Below, one piece after another: positions 32,561 through 42,160 of a stretch of DNA of 64,000 nucleotides. The translations under genes were made by a program, and so were the position numbers. The first letter of the stretch is position 1; every line of letters begins with the position of its first letter. Source of the stretch: Hyaloraphidium curvatum SAG 235-1 (lineage: Eukaryota > Fungi > Monoblepharomycota). The DNA is taken from positions 1,364,001-1,428,000 of the forward strand of contig JAIVFI010000001.1 in NCBI GenBank assembly GCA_025558095.1, read 5' to 3'. The notes beneath the pieces are model-generated. The model searched no databases, was not told where the DNA came from, and saw only the letters and a list, made by a program, of their open reading frames with translations.

Positions 32561-32843
32561 GCCTCCTCCGAGGACGGCTACCCCTTCCCTCCCCGCCGGC
32601 TGGCTCCGCATCGCCGATCCTTCCACGGGGGAGCGCTACTACGTGCACACTACCGTTACCCCCGCGATCACGCAGTGGGAGGCGCCCGAGGCGGCGAACT
32701 TCGCGGCGCCGGCCTGCCCGCCGCCGAAGCTGCCCAGGGGGTGGTGCGCGCGGATCGATCCCGCCACGGGGAGGGAGTTCTTCGTGTGCACGCTGATGGA
32801 GCCGGCGGCCGCGCAGTGGGAGAGGCCGGCGGTGGTGGTGTAG
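32561..32843 (+). pseudogene. Orphaned 3' half of WW gene copy 3 (both WW domains, no native start or promoter)
   Basis: Frame intact, LPAGWLRIADPSTGERYYVHT...AQWERPAVVV*, but cut from its ATG by the inversion. Confidence 0.8.
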
Positions 32844-32962
32844 GAGGAGCTGGTTCGCAGATGATCTACCATTCAGCCTTGAAGCGCACAAGAAATGAAT
32901 CTGTCATGCCCGCACAACTCTTTCCCCATCCAATGCCCGCACCGCCATCCCTCCCGATCCGC

Positions 32963-34228
32963 TCAAAGCCGCGCCGCGACCTGCTCTGCGCCCTCCCCGT
33001 TGTCCATCACCGTCTTGACGCCCAGCGTGTTGCCGCTGATGATGTCCTGCCCGTCCTTGTGCGTGCCCGCGGACTCGTTCCACGGGCGCGGCGCGCGGCC
33101 GAGGAGCACCTCGGGGGCGACGATGTCGGAGCCGAGGGGGGCCTGCGTGCGGGTTCGTCAGCAGGCTCCGGCGAGGCGAGGATGGGGCGAAGCCCACCGC
33201 CGCGTGGTCCTTGACCAGGTCCCGGGAGGGCACCTCCTCCAGCGTCGGCGCGGACGCGTAGCCGAGCGCGTACCCGCTCAGCGAGTAGCCGAGGAGCTCC
33301 TGGATCTCGGGGGCAAAGGTGCGCGCGATGTGCGGGGGGCAGCTGAGGTACTGGTTCTGTACGTGCGCATGGGTGAGTTACCGGGAATGTGTCGCAAGCG
33401 GGAGCGGTCGGCGCACCTCCTCCTGGCGCAGCCAGCCCAGCGCGTACGACACGTGCATGCCGACCCGCCACTGGTCCTTGGTCGAGTTCTCGCCACCCGA
33501 GTGCATCGCGCTGCCGGTGTAGAAGACGGCGCTGCCTTTGGGCATCTCGGCGTAGCAGATCTCGTCCTCCGAGGGCTCGTAGTCGTAGTTGATGGGGCGG
33601 GTGTGGGTTTCTGTGGGTTGTTGCGGAGATCAATGCCCAGAAGCAAGGACATGAGAATCCGCGCAAAACCCACTAGGGACGATCCTCGTGGCACCGTTCT
33701 CGCGAGTAAAGTCCGACAAAGCCCAAATCGTAGCCATTTGCGGCTCCACGTCCTCGCCTAGGTAGTTCCTCCCCCACGCCGCCCTGTCCCGGTGCAGCGG
33801 CTGCCCCGGCGACCCGGGCCCGATCTTGATCACCTGCGCGACCATGAACTGAAATCGCTCGCACCAAGGGAGCAGGACCTTCTCGCTGGCGCCGATGAGG
33901 AACGGGTTGAGCATCACGTTCTCCCGGAAGGTCTTGGAGCGGGCGACCAGGGCTCCGGTCCGCACGGTGTTCGTGCCGGCGAAGTTGTCGCGGCCCAGGC
34001 CGGATTTCTCCATGAAGGGCGTCATCTCGGCGACGATGCGGTCGGCGACTGAAGACGGGGGCACGAATGTGAGCTTCCGGTACGCGAGTCAGAGACCCTC
34101 TGGATATCGCCCCCACCTTCCGGCGCGATGAGGTTCGTCACGACCGCCGCGCCGTCGTCCTCGATCGCCTTGACGACCTCGGCGACGGACGCCGTGCGGG
34201 CGTCAAAGTACTGCAGTTTCGGGGCCAT
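32963..34228 (-). CDS. Phytanoyl-CoA dioxygenase (PhyH) family Fe(II)/2OG oxygenase with PTS1 (-ARL); ~5 exons
   Basis: EDDGAAVVTNL, QPLHRD, IWALSDFTRENGATRIVP, AEMPKGSA..GSAMHSGGEN, YALGWLRQEENQYL; the last exon ends AEQVAARL*. Confidence 0.9.
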
Positions 34229-34744
34229 TTTTGCCGGTGGAGGGGTGTGCGGTGCCTTTGTTATCGCACTCCGTGAGGAACAAAATGGGGCGCGAGGGCG
34301 GCAGCGGGCCTAGAGGGGTCGCTTCTACGGGTGGCCGGGTGGGACGCCGCAGGGGTCACGGGAGCGGGCGGTGCTGCTTGGTGCCGAGCTCTGCGCGGGG
34401 CAATATCCGGCGATAGCACGGCGACAGGCCGAGAGAGGTGCTTGCGCGCGTTGCGGTGTTCGCGTGTGTCCCTCGGGGGGGCGGAACGGATGCGGCGATG
34501 CGCGCCAAACGCCAATGGGTGTGGCCGGTGGCGGCGGAGCGCCTTGCCACTCACCCGATCGATCGGCCCTCCAAAACTCCGAAAGGTCGCTGGCATCTAG
34601 GACGTTATCTACAGACGACGCAATCAATCGCATCTGAGCTCTATGTGCACAATCTCGTACGTGACAGTTCATTCTGGCACCCTGTTCGGACGGAGCCTAA
34701 AGTTGCGCCGACTATCTCCGCCACGTGCAATACGCGGCACCCGA

Positions 34745-35602
34745 TCACTGCACCCGCGCCCTCTCGGCCAGAAAGTGGAACAGCTCCATATGCCCGCCCC
34801 TCTTTGCGCTCTCGAGCGCGTCCAGCGGCAGCGAGAACCCGCTCTCGAGCAGGAACCTGACAGTCTCCATGTCCCCCTCGGCCGCCGCCACGTCCACCGG
34901 CGCCCTCCTCCGCGGTATCGGCTCGGCCTCGGCCTCCCTGCATATCCGCAGGATGTCGGTCCGGGAATGCAGCCAACGCACCATCTCGGTGCGGCCGTTG
35001 GCGACGGCCTGGTCGAACGCGTTGGCGACCAGCACGTCGTGCGTCGCGTCGCCGCTCTGCTCCCGCACCATGGGGAGGAAGCTCTCGAGCAGGTATTCGG
35101 CGCTGTCCCGCGCCCCCGCGGCGCCGGCGGCCACCCAGGCCCTGGCCAGCCCGCGCGACCACGCGTGCGGGAAGCCAAGGTAGGTCTGGAACGCGCCGCG
35201 GGCATTGGTGCAGAGCCATTTCACCCTCCGCGCGTCGTCCAGCCGCGCCGCCGATACCACGTCCAGGTACCGCCGCACGAAATCGCGGCCGAAGCTCTGG
35301 AGGTGCATCGTGTATACCATGATTCCGGCGTCGAGCACGTCCCACTCCCTCCCTTCGATCAGGCCCGCGAGTACCCGCTTCAGCACGGGCGCGGAATGCT
35401 CGGTGTTGTCCCACATCCGCGTCAGGAGGAAGGGCGGGAGGCGGCCCCGAGGGAAGAGGGCCAGCCGCCAGTGCCGGTTGGGGGAGAGGCACCGCGCGTC
35501 GGTGAGTGGGAGAAAGGCCACGACGCGCTCGAGGAGTTCGGGCGGGAGCGAGGCGGGGTCCGGCAACGGGGGGCCGGCGGGACCGCCCGGCTCAATGTCC
35601 AT
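34745..35602 (-). CDS. F-box-like plus ankyrin-repeat protein, intronless
   Basis: SLPPELLERVVAFLP at the N-terminus; ankyrin-like units AFDQAVANGRTEMVRWLH, VDVAAAEGDMETVRFLLE, ALESAKRGGHMELFHFL. Confidence 0.75.
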   Translation of the reverse strand: MDIEPGGPAGPPLPDPASLPPELLERVVAFLPLTDARCLSPNRHWRLALFPRGRLPPFLLTRMWDNTEHSAPVLKRVLAGLIEGREWDVLDAGIMVYTMHLQSFGRDFVRRYLDVVSAARLDDARRVKWLCTNARGAFQTYLGFPHAWSRGLARAWVAAGAAGARDSAEYLLESFLPMVREQSGDATHDVLVANAFDQAVANGRTEMVRWLHSRTDILRICREAEAEPIPRRRAPVDVAAAEGDMETVRFLLESGFSLPLDALESAKRGGHMELFHFLAERARVQ

Positions 35603-35799
35603 CGTCAAGCCGCGCCGCCGCGATTCAGTGGTTCGAATCTGCCGATCCAAAGCACTAGTAAAGGATATCAAAGGCTCCAAATGTCGCTAGAGATATAGGC
35701 GACGCAGCGGCCGAGCTCGGCCCGGCCGGCCGCCGGCGCACAATGAGGTTGCTCTGAGAGCGGTTGACGCGTAAACAAACGAACGCCTGCCTAGGCACG

Positions 35800-37655
35800 A
35801 TGTCGCGGCGGACGGACTCCCTGACGGCGGCGTTAACACGCCTCGATGCCGAGCTCCTGCTCCCGGCCGCCCAGGAGCAGTCGGCAGCCGCCCATGCCCT
35901 CGTGGCTGCGGTCGACTCGCCTCTATTCTCGCCGGCGGCGCACAGCGACCCCGACGCGGCCGTGCCCTCCCCCAGGCAGCTGATCCGCCTTCTGGATTCC
36001 GTGGAAAACGAAAAGGGCGGCTCGGCGCTCAGGAAGGTGTTCGACGCCAAGGTCGCCCTCATCTCGCGCGAGGTGCTCTCGCAGGCCCTGATCAGCGCCG
36101 TGCTGCCCGTGAACCGGGACGTTCTGTACTACTCGCAGCTGGAGAACGACCGGCTGTGGCGCGGCGTGTACTTTGTTCAGACCCTGCCGGCCAGGCTGGT
36201 CTCGTACGCGCGGTCCTTCTGGGGCACCTCGGCTCCGCTCTCGCTCGAGGGGCTCAAGGCCAGCGGCGGGCTGTTCGTCGAGGCCATGCTGCCCGCCAGC
36301 AAGCTCACCCGGCGCGCCGGCGCCCCCGCGTGGCCAGCGCTGGGGTCCGCCGCGAGACTGCTGCGGTCCGAGGTCAGGGTCAAGAAGGCGCAGCTCGAGT
36401 CGGCCATCGGGTTGCTGGCGGGCTGCATCGGGTACCTGGGCAAGGCTGACGAGGAGGCCGCGGATGCGGGGGCGGTGGCGGCGGCCGTGACGGCGCAGTG
36501 CGCCAAGGTGCTGGACGTCGTGCGGACGGCGACCGAGGAGCCGCTGGACGTGGGCGTCGCCGACACGACCATGGAGGACCTCGCCGCATCGCTCGGCTCG
36601 GGCGCCCCCGCCGCGTCATCTTCATCGCCCAAGGACCTTCGTTCCCTGCTCGAGGAGCTGGAATCCCTCCCCTCCCGCCTCGGCACCGCCCTGGCCCCCG
36701 TCTCGCGCCCCTCTGCGGTCGCCAGGTACTGGCTGCCCGCCGCCGCCGGCGTCTTCGCCCTGGCCTCGCTGCGCTCCCGCGCCGCGGCCAACTGGGACGA
36801 CCTCGTGCAGTTCGCCTCGGACGCCCGCGACGCCGCCCGCGACTTCTTCAACAGGTGGATCGTGGAGCCCCTCTCGTCGCTGTGGGCCACGGTCAGGCCC
36901 AGCGCGGACAGCATCGACATGATGAGCAACGCGGAAAACAGTCTGCGGGCGGACCTCGAGTCGCTCGAGAGGATGGTGGCCGACTTTGCCAAGGACACGG
37001 GCAGCGTTCCCGACGAGGCCGCGGCGAAGGAGGTGGCGGAGCTGGCGAGGCGGGGGGATCTGAGCGTGGTGCAGCGCAAGTACGAGCAGGAGCTCAAGAG
37101 GCCCATCTCGGCCGCGCTGCGGGGCGACCTGGTGCGCACGCTGCTCATCCAGATTCGTGGGTTTTCGATTGCCCCTTCACCTCTCACAGTGTTCTGAACG
37201 CGCTCCCTTCTTTTCCAGAGAAATCTAAGGTCGACGCCGAGACCGCGCTCGCCAGCATCGACAAGCTGATCCAGCAGCAGCAGCTCAACTTTGTCATCCT
37301 CGGCGCCATCCCCTCGTTCCTCGTCCTGTACTTCCTCCTCTCGTGGCTCCGCGCGCTCAGGAACGAGCAGGCCTTCCTCGGCCGCGAGGAGTCGTTCGCC
37401 CTCCTGCGTGCCTCGGTCCGCGAGGCCGAGGTCCTGCTGAACCGGTGGGAAGGTTCGCTCCAGGACGAGGGGATGCTGCGGATCCAGGCGCGCATCATGC
37501 TCTCGCGGCGCAACCTGGTCGAGGGGCCGCTGAGGGGCGAATTTGTGGAGGACGTGTTGGAGCTGGAGGACGCGGGCCTGGATGCGGCTCAGAAGAGAGC
37601 GGTGCTGGAGCGGATGCGTTGGACCTACAAGCCGCTGTGGAGCGTCGCCAGGTAG
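35800..37655 (+). CDS. NCA2: Nuclear control of ATPase protein 2 (Nca2) family; 2 exons
   Basis: YFVQTLP.RL, RPSAVARYWLP, FFNRWIVEPL, SLRADLESLERMVADF, RGDLSVV..YEQELKRPI..ALRGDLVRTLLIQIQKSKVD.E.A...IDKL; intron ~37157-37218. Confidence 0.9.
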
Positions 37656-37713
37656 ATGCTCCATATAGAGGTCTATCTGCGAGCAGATGCGCAAATGACA
37701 CAAATCGTGCTTT

Positions 37714-40014
37714 TCACCTCTTGCTCTTCCCCACGTCCTTGGCCATCCCATCCAGGTCCCTTGTCAGCATCTCCATCCACACCGCGTCGCACGCCTCCTT
37801 CGCCGCTCCCTCCAGCATCCCCGCCCCGCCAAACGGCGCCTCGGCGCCCCTCCGCATGCACATCTCCTTGAACACCGCCCTCGCAAACTCCTCGAGCCGT
37901 GCCGAGGGCGCCGCGTCCGGCGGCGGCGCGCCGGGGCAGAGGACCGAGCCCGTGGCCAGGTGCGCGAACGTGCGCCAGTCCCGTCCGCTTGCGGCACCTA
38001 GCGCCGCAACGCAGGCCCGCACGTCGACGCGGGCAACGAAAGTGTCAGGGGGTGACGAGGCGTCGCAGAAGAAGCCGCCCAGGAAACCCGGCGCGGCGGC
38101 GCGGGGCGGCTGCGAAGCGAGCCGGCGGGCGACTTCGGCGGCGAACTCCTCCCGGGATTCGGGAGAAGAGTCGGGGGGGAAGAGGGAGCGGAAGAGGTGG
38201 CCCCAGGCGTGGAAACCGCCGCGGCCGAGGGGGCCGGCGGCGAGGATCTTGGCGGCGACCTGCTTGGGGTGGAGCTTGCCAACCAGGCCGAGCGGGACGA
38301 GCAGCTCGCCGAGTACGGCTGCACGGGTCGCGGCGGGGGAGCAGCTAGCGTCGCCTTCCTCGTCTTCGACATGCTCGTCGCCATCGTCCGAGACGGCTGC
38401 GACCCACAGCATGCACACTTCGTCGAACCTGACGGAAGTGTTCCTGACGAGCTTCTGGATCCACTCGCCCGCCCGGCTGCGAAGCGACGGCTCGGCTGCG
38501 AGCAACGAGAGGAGCTCGATACCCGCCTGCGCGTCCACCGAGATCAAATGCCGGTAAATCTCCGAGTCGAGGGTGCCCGCATCCGCGGAAACGTGCAGCA
38601 ACACAGCGCCCAAGACGTCCGCGAAGGCCTGCGCGCTCTGCAGGCACGGGAGCGCCGGAAGCAGCCCCTCCGCGACCCCTGGCACGTCCACCAGCATCCT
38701 CGCCAGCACCTCCCCCGCCCTGGTGCGATCCTTGGTCGCTGCATCTCGGGACGCCAGCGCGGCCGCGACCCGCGCCAGCTCGCCGTACCCGTTCCCAAAA
38801 TCCCTCCAGAGAACGAGCAGCTGCACGACCGCGTCCCTACCCACCGCGTCTTCGGCCCGCTCCTTGGGTGCCTCGACGGCCCCGACGATGCCGGCGGCGT
38901 GGGGCGGGCCGCGCGGCGGGGGCGGCTTGGGGGTGCCCCAGATGCGGGACTGCAGCTCCTCACGGCACGACGGGCCGAGCAGCTCGTGCACGAGGTCGGC
39001 AAGGAACCGTGCCCGCTGCCGTTCCGAGCACGCATCCCGCAGCGGGGCCACCAGATCCAGCAGGAGGTCCGTGCGGCCCTTTGCGAGGAGTGAACGCGCG
39101 TTGAGGGCCTCGGCGAGCAGCCTGCCCCGAACGAAGGGGGGAAGCTTGACCTGTGCCAGCAGGATAATGGACATGCGCGCCAGGTCCTCCGAGTCGAGGC
39201 CCGCAGCGAGCGCTTGCAGGGCCGCGAGCGCTGCGACACACGAGGCCTCGGCATGCGAGGCCTCGGAGCACGAGGCGGGGCAGAACATGGCCTCGGCGCC
39301 GTGCACAAAGTGAGGGAACAGGGCATCCGCCCCAATCTTGGCTGCCAGGGCGGAGATGTGGGGGAAAGGGGTCTCGCCGGGGTGCAGCTTGCGCAGCACA
39401 AACTCGGCAAGCCGGTCCGGGTCTTCAAACAGCTGCGGAGGCAGCACGACGTCCCGTTTGTCTGCCGCGTTCCTGTCGCCCTGGGGAGCGTTGCTGGGCC
39501 CGTCGATGTCCATGTTTGCGGGTTCGGGGGACGGGGAACGAGGTGCCGCAGGAGGGTCCGGCTGCCGGGCGGCCTGGCCGCCAGCGAAGGGCAGCCCCCA
39601 ACTCCAGCGCCCGCCCTCACCCGCATCATGTTCCGCGGGGTCCTCGAATGGCGGCCGGCGGCGCCCTCCGAGCTCCAGAGGCCGGGAACGGAGGGTGGGC
39701 CCGTCGTCCCAGAAGTCCTTGAGAACGAAAACAACGGCGATATCCTTCTCCATCGTGAGGTCCGCCTCGCCGTGGTCGATATAGGAAGCTTGCGAGCTGC
39801 CGGCGTCGAAGATGGGCCCCGATGGCGGGCGCTCTTTGGCGGGGGCGGGCCGGACTGGGGCGGGTCGTTGCCACGTCCTCGGAGTAACCAGGCCAGTCAG
39901 GCCCTGCGCGGGGTGCAGCCGCCTCTGCGGAGGCGTGCTCGGTGCTCGCGGCGGAGCCCGCGGCGAGGACAACTTGAGCCGCCTGCGCGGCGAGGCGGGG
40001 GGCGACAGCTCCAT
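37714..40014 (-). CDS. Hypothetical protein: disordered Pro-rich N-terminus and long Leu/Ala-rich alpha-helical region
   Basis: Uninterrupted ~770-codon ORF filling the gap between two recognised genes; no family recognised. Confidence 0.6.
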   Translation of the reverse strand: MELSPPASPRRRLKLSSPRAPPRAPSTPPQRRLHPAQGLTGLVTPRTWQRPAPVRPAPAKERPPSGPIFDAGSSQASYIDHGEADLTMEKDIAVVFVLKDFWDDGPTLRSRPLELGGRRRPPFEDPAEHDAGEGGRWSWGLPFAGGQAARQPDPPAAPRSPSPEPANMDIDGPSNAPQGDRNAADKRDVVLPPQLFEDPDRLAEFVLRKLHPGETPFPHISALAAKIGADALFPHFVHGAEAMFCPASCSEASHAEASCVAALAALQALAAGLDSEDLARMSIILLAQVKLPPFVRGRLLAEALNARSLLAKGRTDLLLDLVAPLRDACSERQRARFLADLVHELLGPSCREELQSRIWGTPKPPPPRGPPHAAGIVGAVEAPKERAEDAVGRDAVVQLLVLWRDFGNGYGELARVAAALASRDAATKDRTRAGEVLARMLVDVPGVAEGLLPALPCLQSAQAFADVLGAVLLHVSADAGTLDSEIYRHLISVDAQAGIELLSLLAAEPSLRSRAGEWIQKLVRNTSVRFDEVCMLWVAAVSDDGDEHVEDEEGDASCSPAATRAAVLGELLVPLGLVGKLHPKQVAAKILAAGPLGRGGFHAWGHLFRSLFPPDSSPESREEFAAEVARRLASQPPRAAAPGFLGGFFCDASSPPDTFVARVDVRACVAALGAASGRDWRTFAHLATGSVLCPGAPPPDAAPSARLEEFARAVFKEMCMRRGAEAPFGGAGMLEGAAKEACDAVWMEMLTRDLDGMAKDVGKSKR

Positions 40015-40117
40015 GTTTGATGTTTCTCCGTTCAGATCACGCCGCTTAACGGCCGGATTTCGACAAAGAACTGTGAGAATAAGCACCCTGAATGGACAGA
40101 TAACATATCCATGAAAC

Positions 40118-42012
40118 TCATCTCCGCATCCTCATCCATGCGGCAGCTGCGACGGTCGCGCCAGCAACCACCGCCGCCGTGCCCATCCAACCCCATGACC
40201 TTGGCAGCCTCTCGATCCGCTTCCCGTCCATGCCCACGATGACGTACTTCTCCGCCAGCTCCGGCTCCGACCTCGTCTCCCACCACAGCGACCGCCCGGG
40301 GTACGCGTATGTGGAAGGCCATCGTCCATCTGACCGTCCGTCCGGGTTGTACTGTGAAAGAAGAGGTTGAGTTCACGGTACTCAAAAACTCCCAATGCCA
40401 GCACGCACCCAAGCAGCCACCCCTGCCCAAACCGTCTTCTTCAGGTCCTCCCAGTTTCGCACAGTGTACTCCCACTGCGCGTCCTCCTTGGGCTCGACGC
40501 TCTTGATGCCGTACTTGATCATCTGCCTGATGATGTCTATCACGAGGTCCACCTCGCACTCGAGCACAAAGATAATGCTGGGCGACGGTCAGATTCGTGA
40601 CCTCCGCCGCCGACAGAGCGCGCCCAACCTCGTGTTGATGACCGAGTTCGGGCCGAACAGCATGAAGTAATTCGGAAAGCCGCTCGTCATGATCGTCTTG
40701 TAGTGCGCCGCGAGCTTCTTCTCCCCGGTCACGCGCTGCCACTTCTCCGCCCGGTCCAGGCCCTCCCGGCCGATGATCTTGACCTTGTCTGCCGCGAACG
40801 AGGTCTCGAAGCCTGCAATGGCGAGCATGATGATGAGTGGCGACATTCGATGACGGAAGTCCAAACAAACCGGTGGCCGCAACAATGAGGTCGAACTTCC
40901 TATGCTTCCTCCCGTCCCCTCCCTCCGTCCACACCCCCGTCTCGTCAATCTCCACTATCTTCTCGTCCGCCGCATCCACCAGCTCCGTCCCGGGTCTCTG
41001 CAGGATGTCCAAATACGCCACCTGTGGTATGATCCGCTTGCTCGCGGTCGGGTACGGGGGCGTGAGCCGCTGCCGCAGCTTCGGGTCCGCGATGGCCTCC
41101 TCGTAGTACTTGGAAAACATGTCCGTGACGAGCTTCTGCATGTAGCTGTCCCGGATGTGCACGGACCACGACGCCTCGAGCTGGAAGAAGAACCAGTAGC
41201 GGTGGAGTCGCATGGCGAAGGGAACGTAGCGGAACATCCATTTCTGGAAGTCACTGTAGGGGCGCAGGTCCTTCTTCGGATACCACGTCGACGAGCGCTG
41301 GTAAGACGGTGGGACCAGAATCAGCTTCGGCCTCGGAACACACGAAAGAACCTCGAACCTGGAAAATAGTGAGCTTCCCGACCCGATCCGCAATCTTTTC
41401 GATGATCTGGACGGCGCTGGCGCCCGTCCCAATCACGGCGACGCTCTTCCCCTCCAGGTCCGGCTCCTCTGTCGGCCATCGCGCGGAATGGAGGAGCGGT
41501 CCCTTGAACGTCTCGATACCCGGGATGGCAGGCAGCCGGGGATAGTAGAGCCCGCCGCCGCCGGAAATCAGGATATTGTGCTTGGCGACCAGGATCTTCC
41601 CCTCCCCGCCGGAAGCGGAAGTCCCATCGGCGGGGTGCAGCAGGAAGGTGAGCTCCCAGACGCCCTCGCCGTCGTTCCAGCGTGCCTGCTGGAGCTCATG
41701 CCCGAGCTTGACGTGCTCCATGAGCCCGAACTTGCGGGCCGTGTTGGTCATATACGCTTTGATTTCGTCCGCGTTGGCGTACGTCTGGCTCCAACTGGGG
41801 TTCAGGTCGAAGCTGAAGCTGTAGGCGTGGGACCAGACGTCGCACTGGGCCCCGGGATAGTGGTTGATGTGCCAGGTCCCGCCCACGCCGGCCTCCTTTT
41901 CGTAGAGAGTGAAGTCCTCGACGCCGAGGCGATGCTTGAGCTGGTAGCCCGAGATAATCCCCGCGGCGCCCGCCCCGATGACGGCGATGGACGGGCGGAA
42001 CGCGGTCGGCAT
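40118..42012 (-). CDS. Flavin-containing Baeyer-Villiger-type monooxygenase with C-terminal hydrophobic anchor; ~5 exons
   Basis: IAVIGAGAAG, GGTWHINHYPGAQCD, FKGPLLHSARW fingerprint, VAVIGTGASAVQ, DLIVAATGF, GFPNYFMLFGPNS; ends WGWMGTAAVVAGATVAAAAWMRMRR*. Confidence 0.9.
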
Positions 42013-42160
42013 TTTGCCGCGGCAGCCGGAGGCCGTTTCTGAGGCAGGAGGAGGGAGACACTGGGGGACGTTTGCGCCGACAGTTTAGGCGCGAGACCGA
42101 TTCAGGCTCAAAACTCAGAAAGGAACATCGGTGACCCTTTTCGCAGTACAGTGTAGCAGC

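Larger units (their letters stand above)
31229..32843. repeat. Two-gene cassette copy 3 (rearranged; ~32057-32560 inverted)
   Basis: 31229-32061 is colinear with copy 1 (to 11728); ~32057-32560 is the reverse complement of copy 1 ~11724-12199; 32561-32843 is colinear with copy 1 from ~12199. Confidence 0.92.

Noticed and set aside
10899-32843. RIP-like mutation of the duplicated cassette
   Set aside because: Differences between copies are sparse and include transversions; GC stays high and no premature stops accumulate.
35625-35645. GGTTCGAATC as a tRNA T-loop/B-box
   Set aside because: No cloverleaf stems around it; it lies in the leader between two divergent genes.
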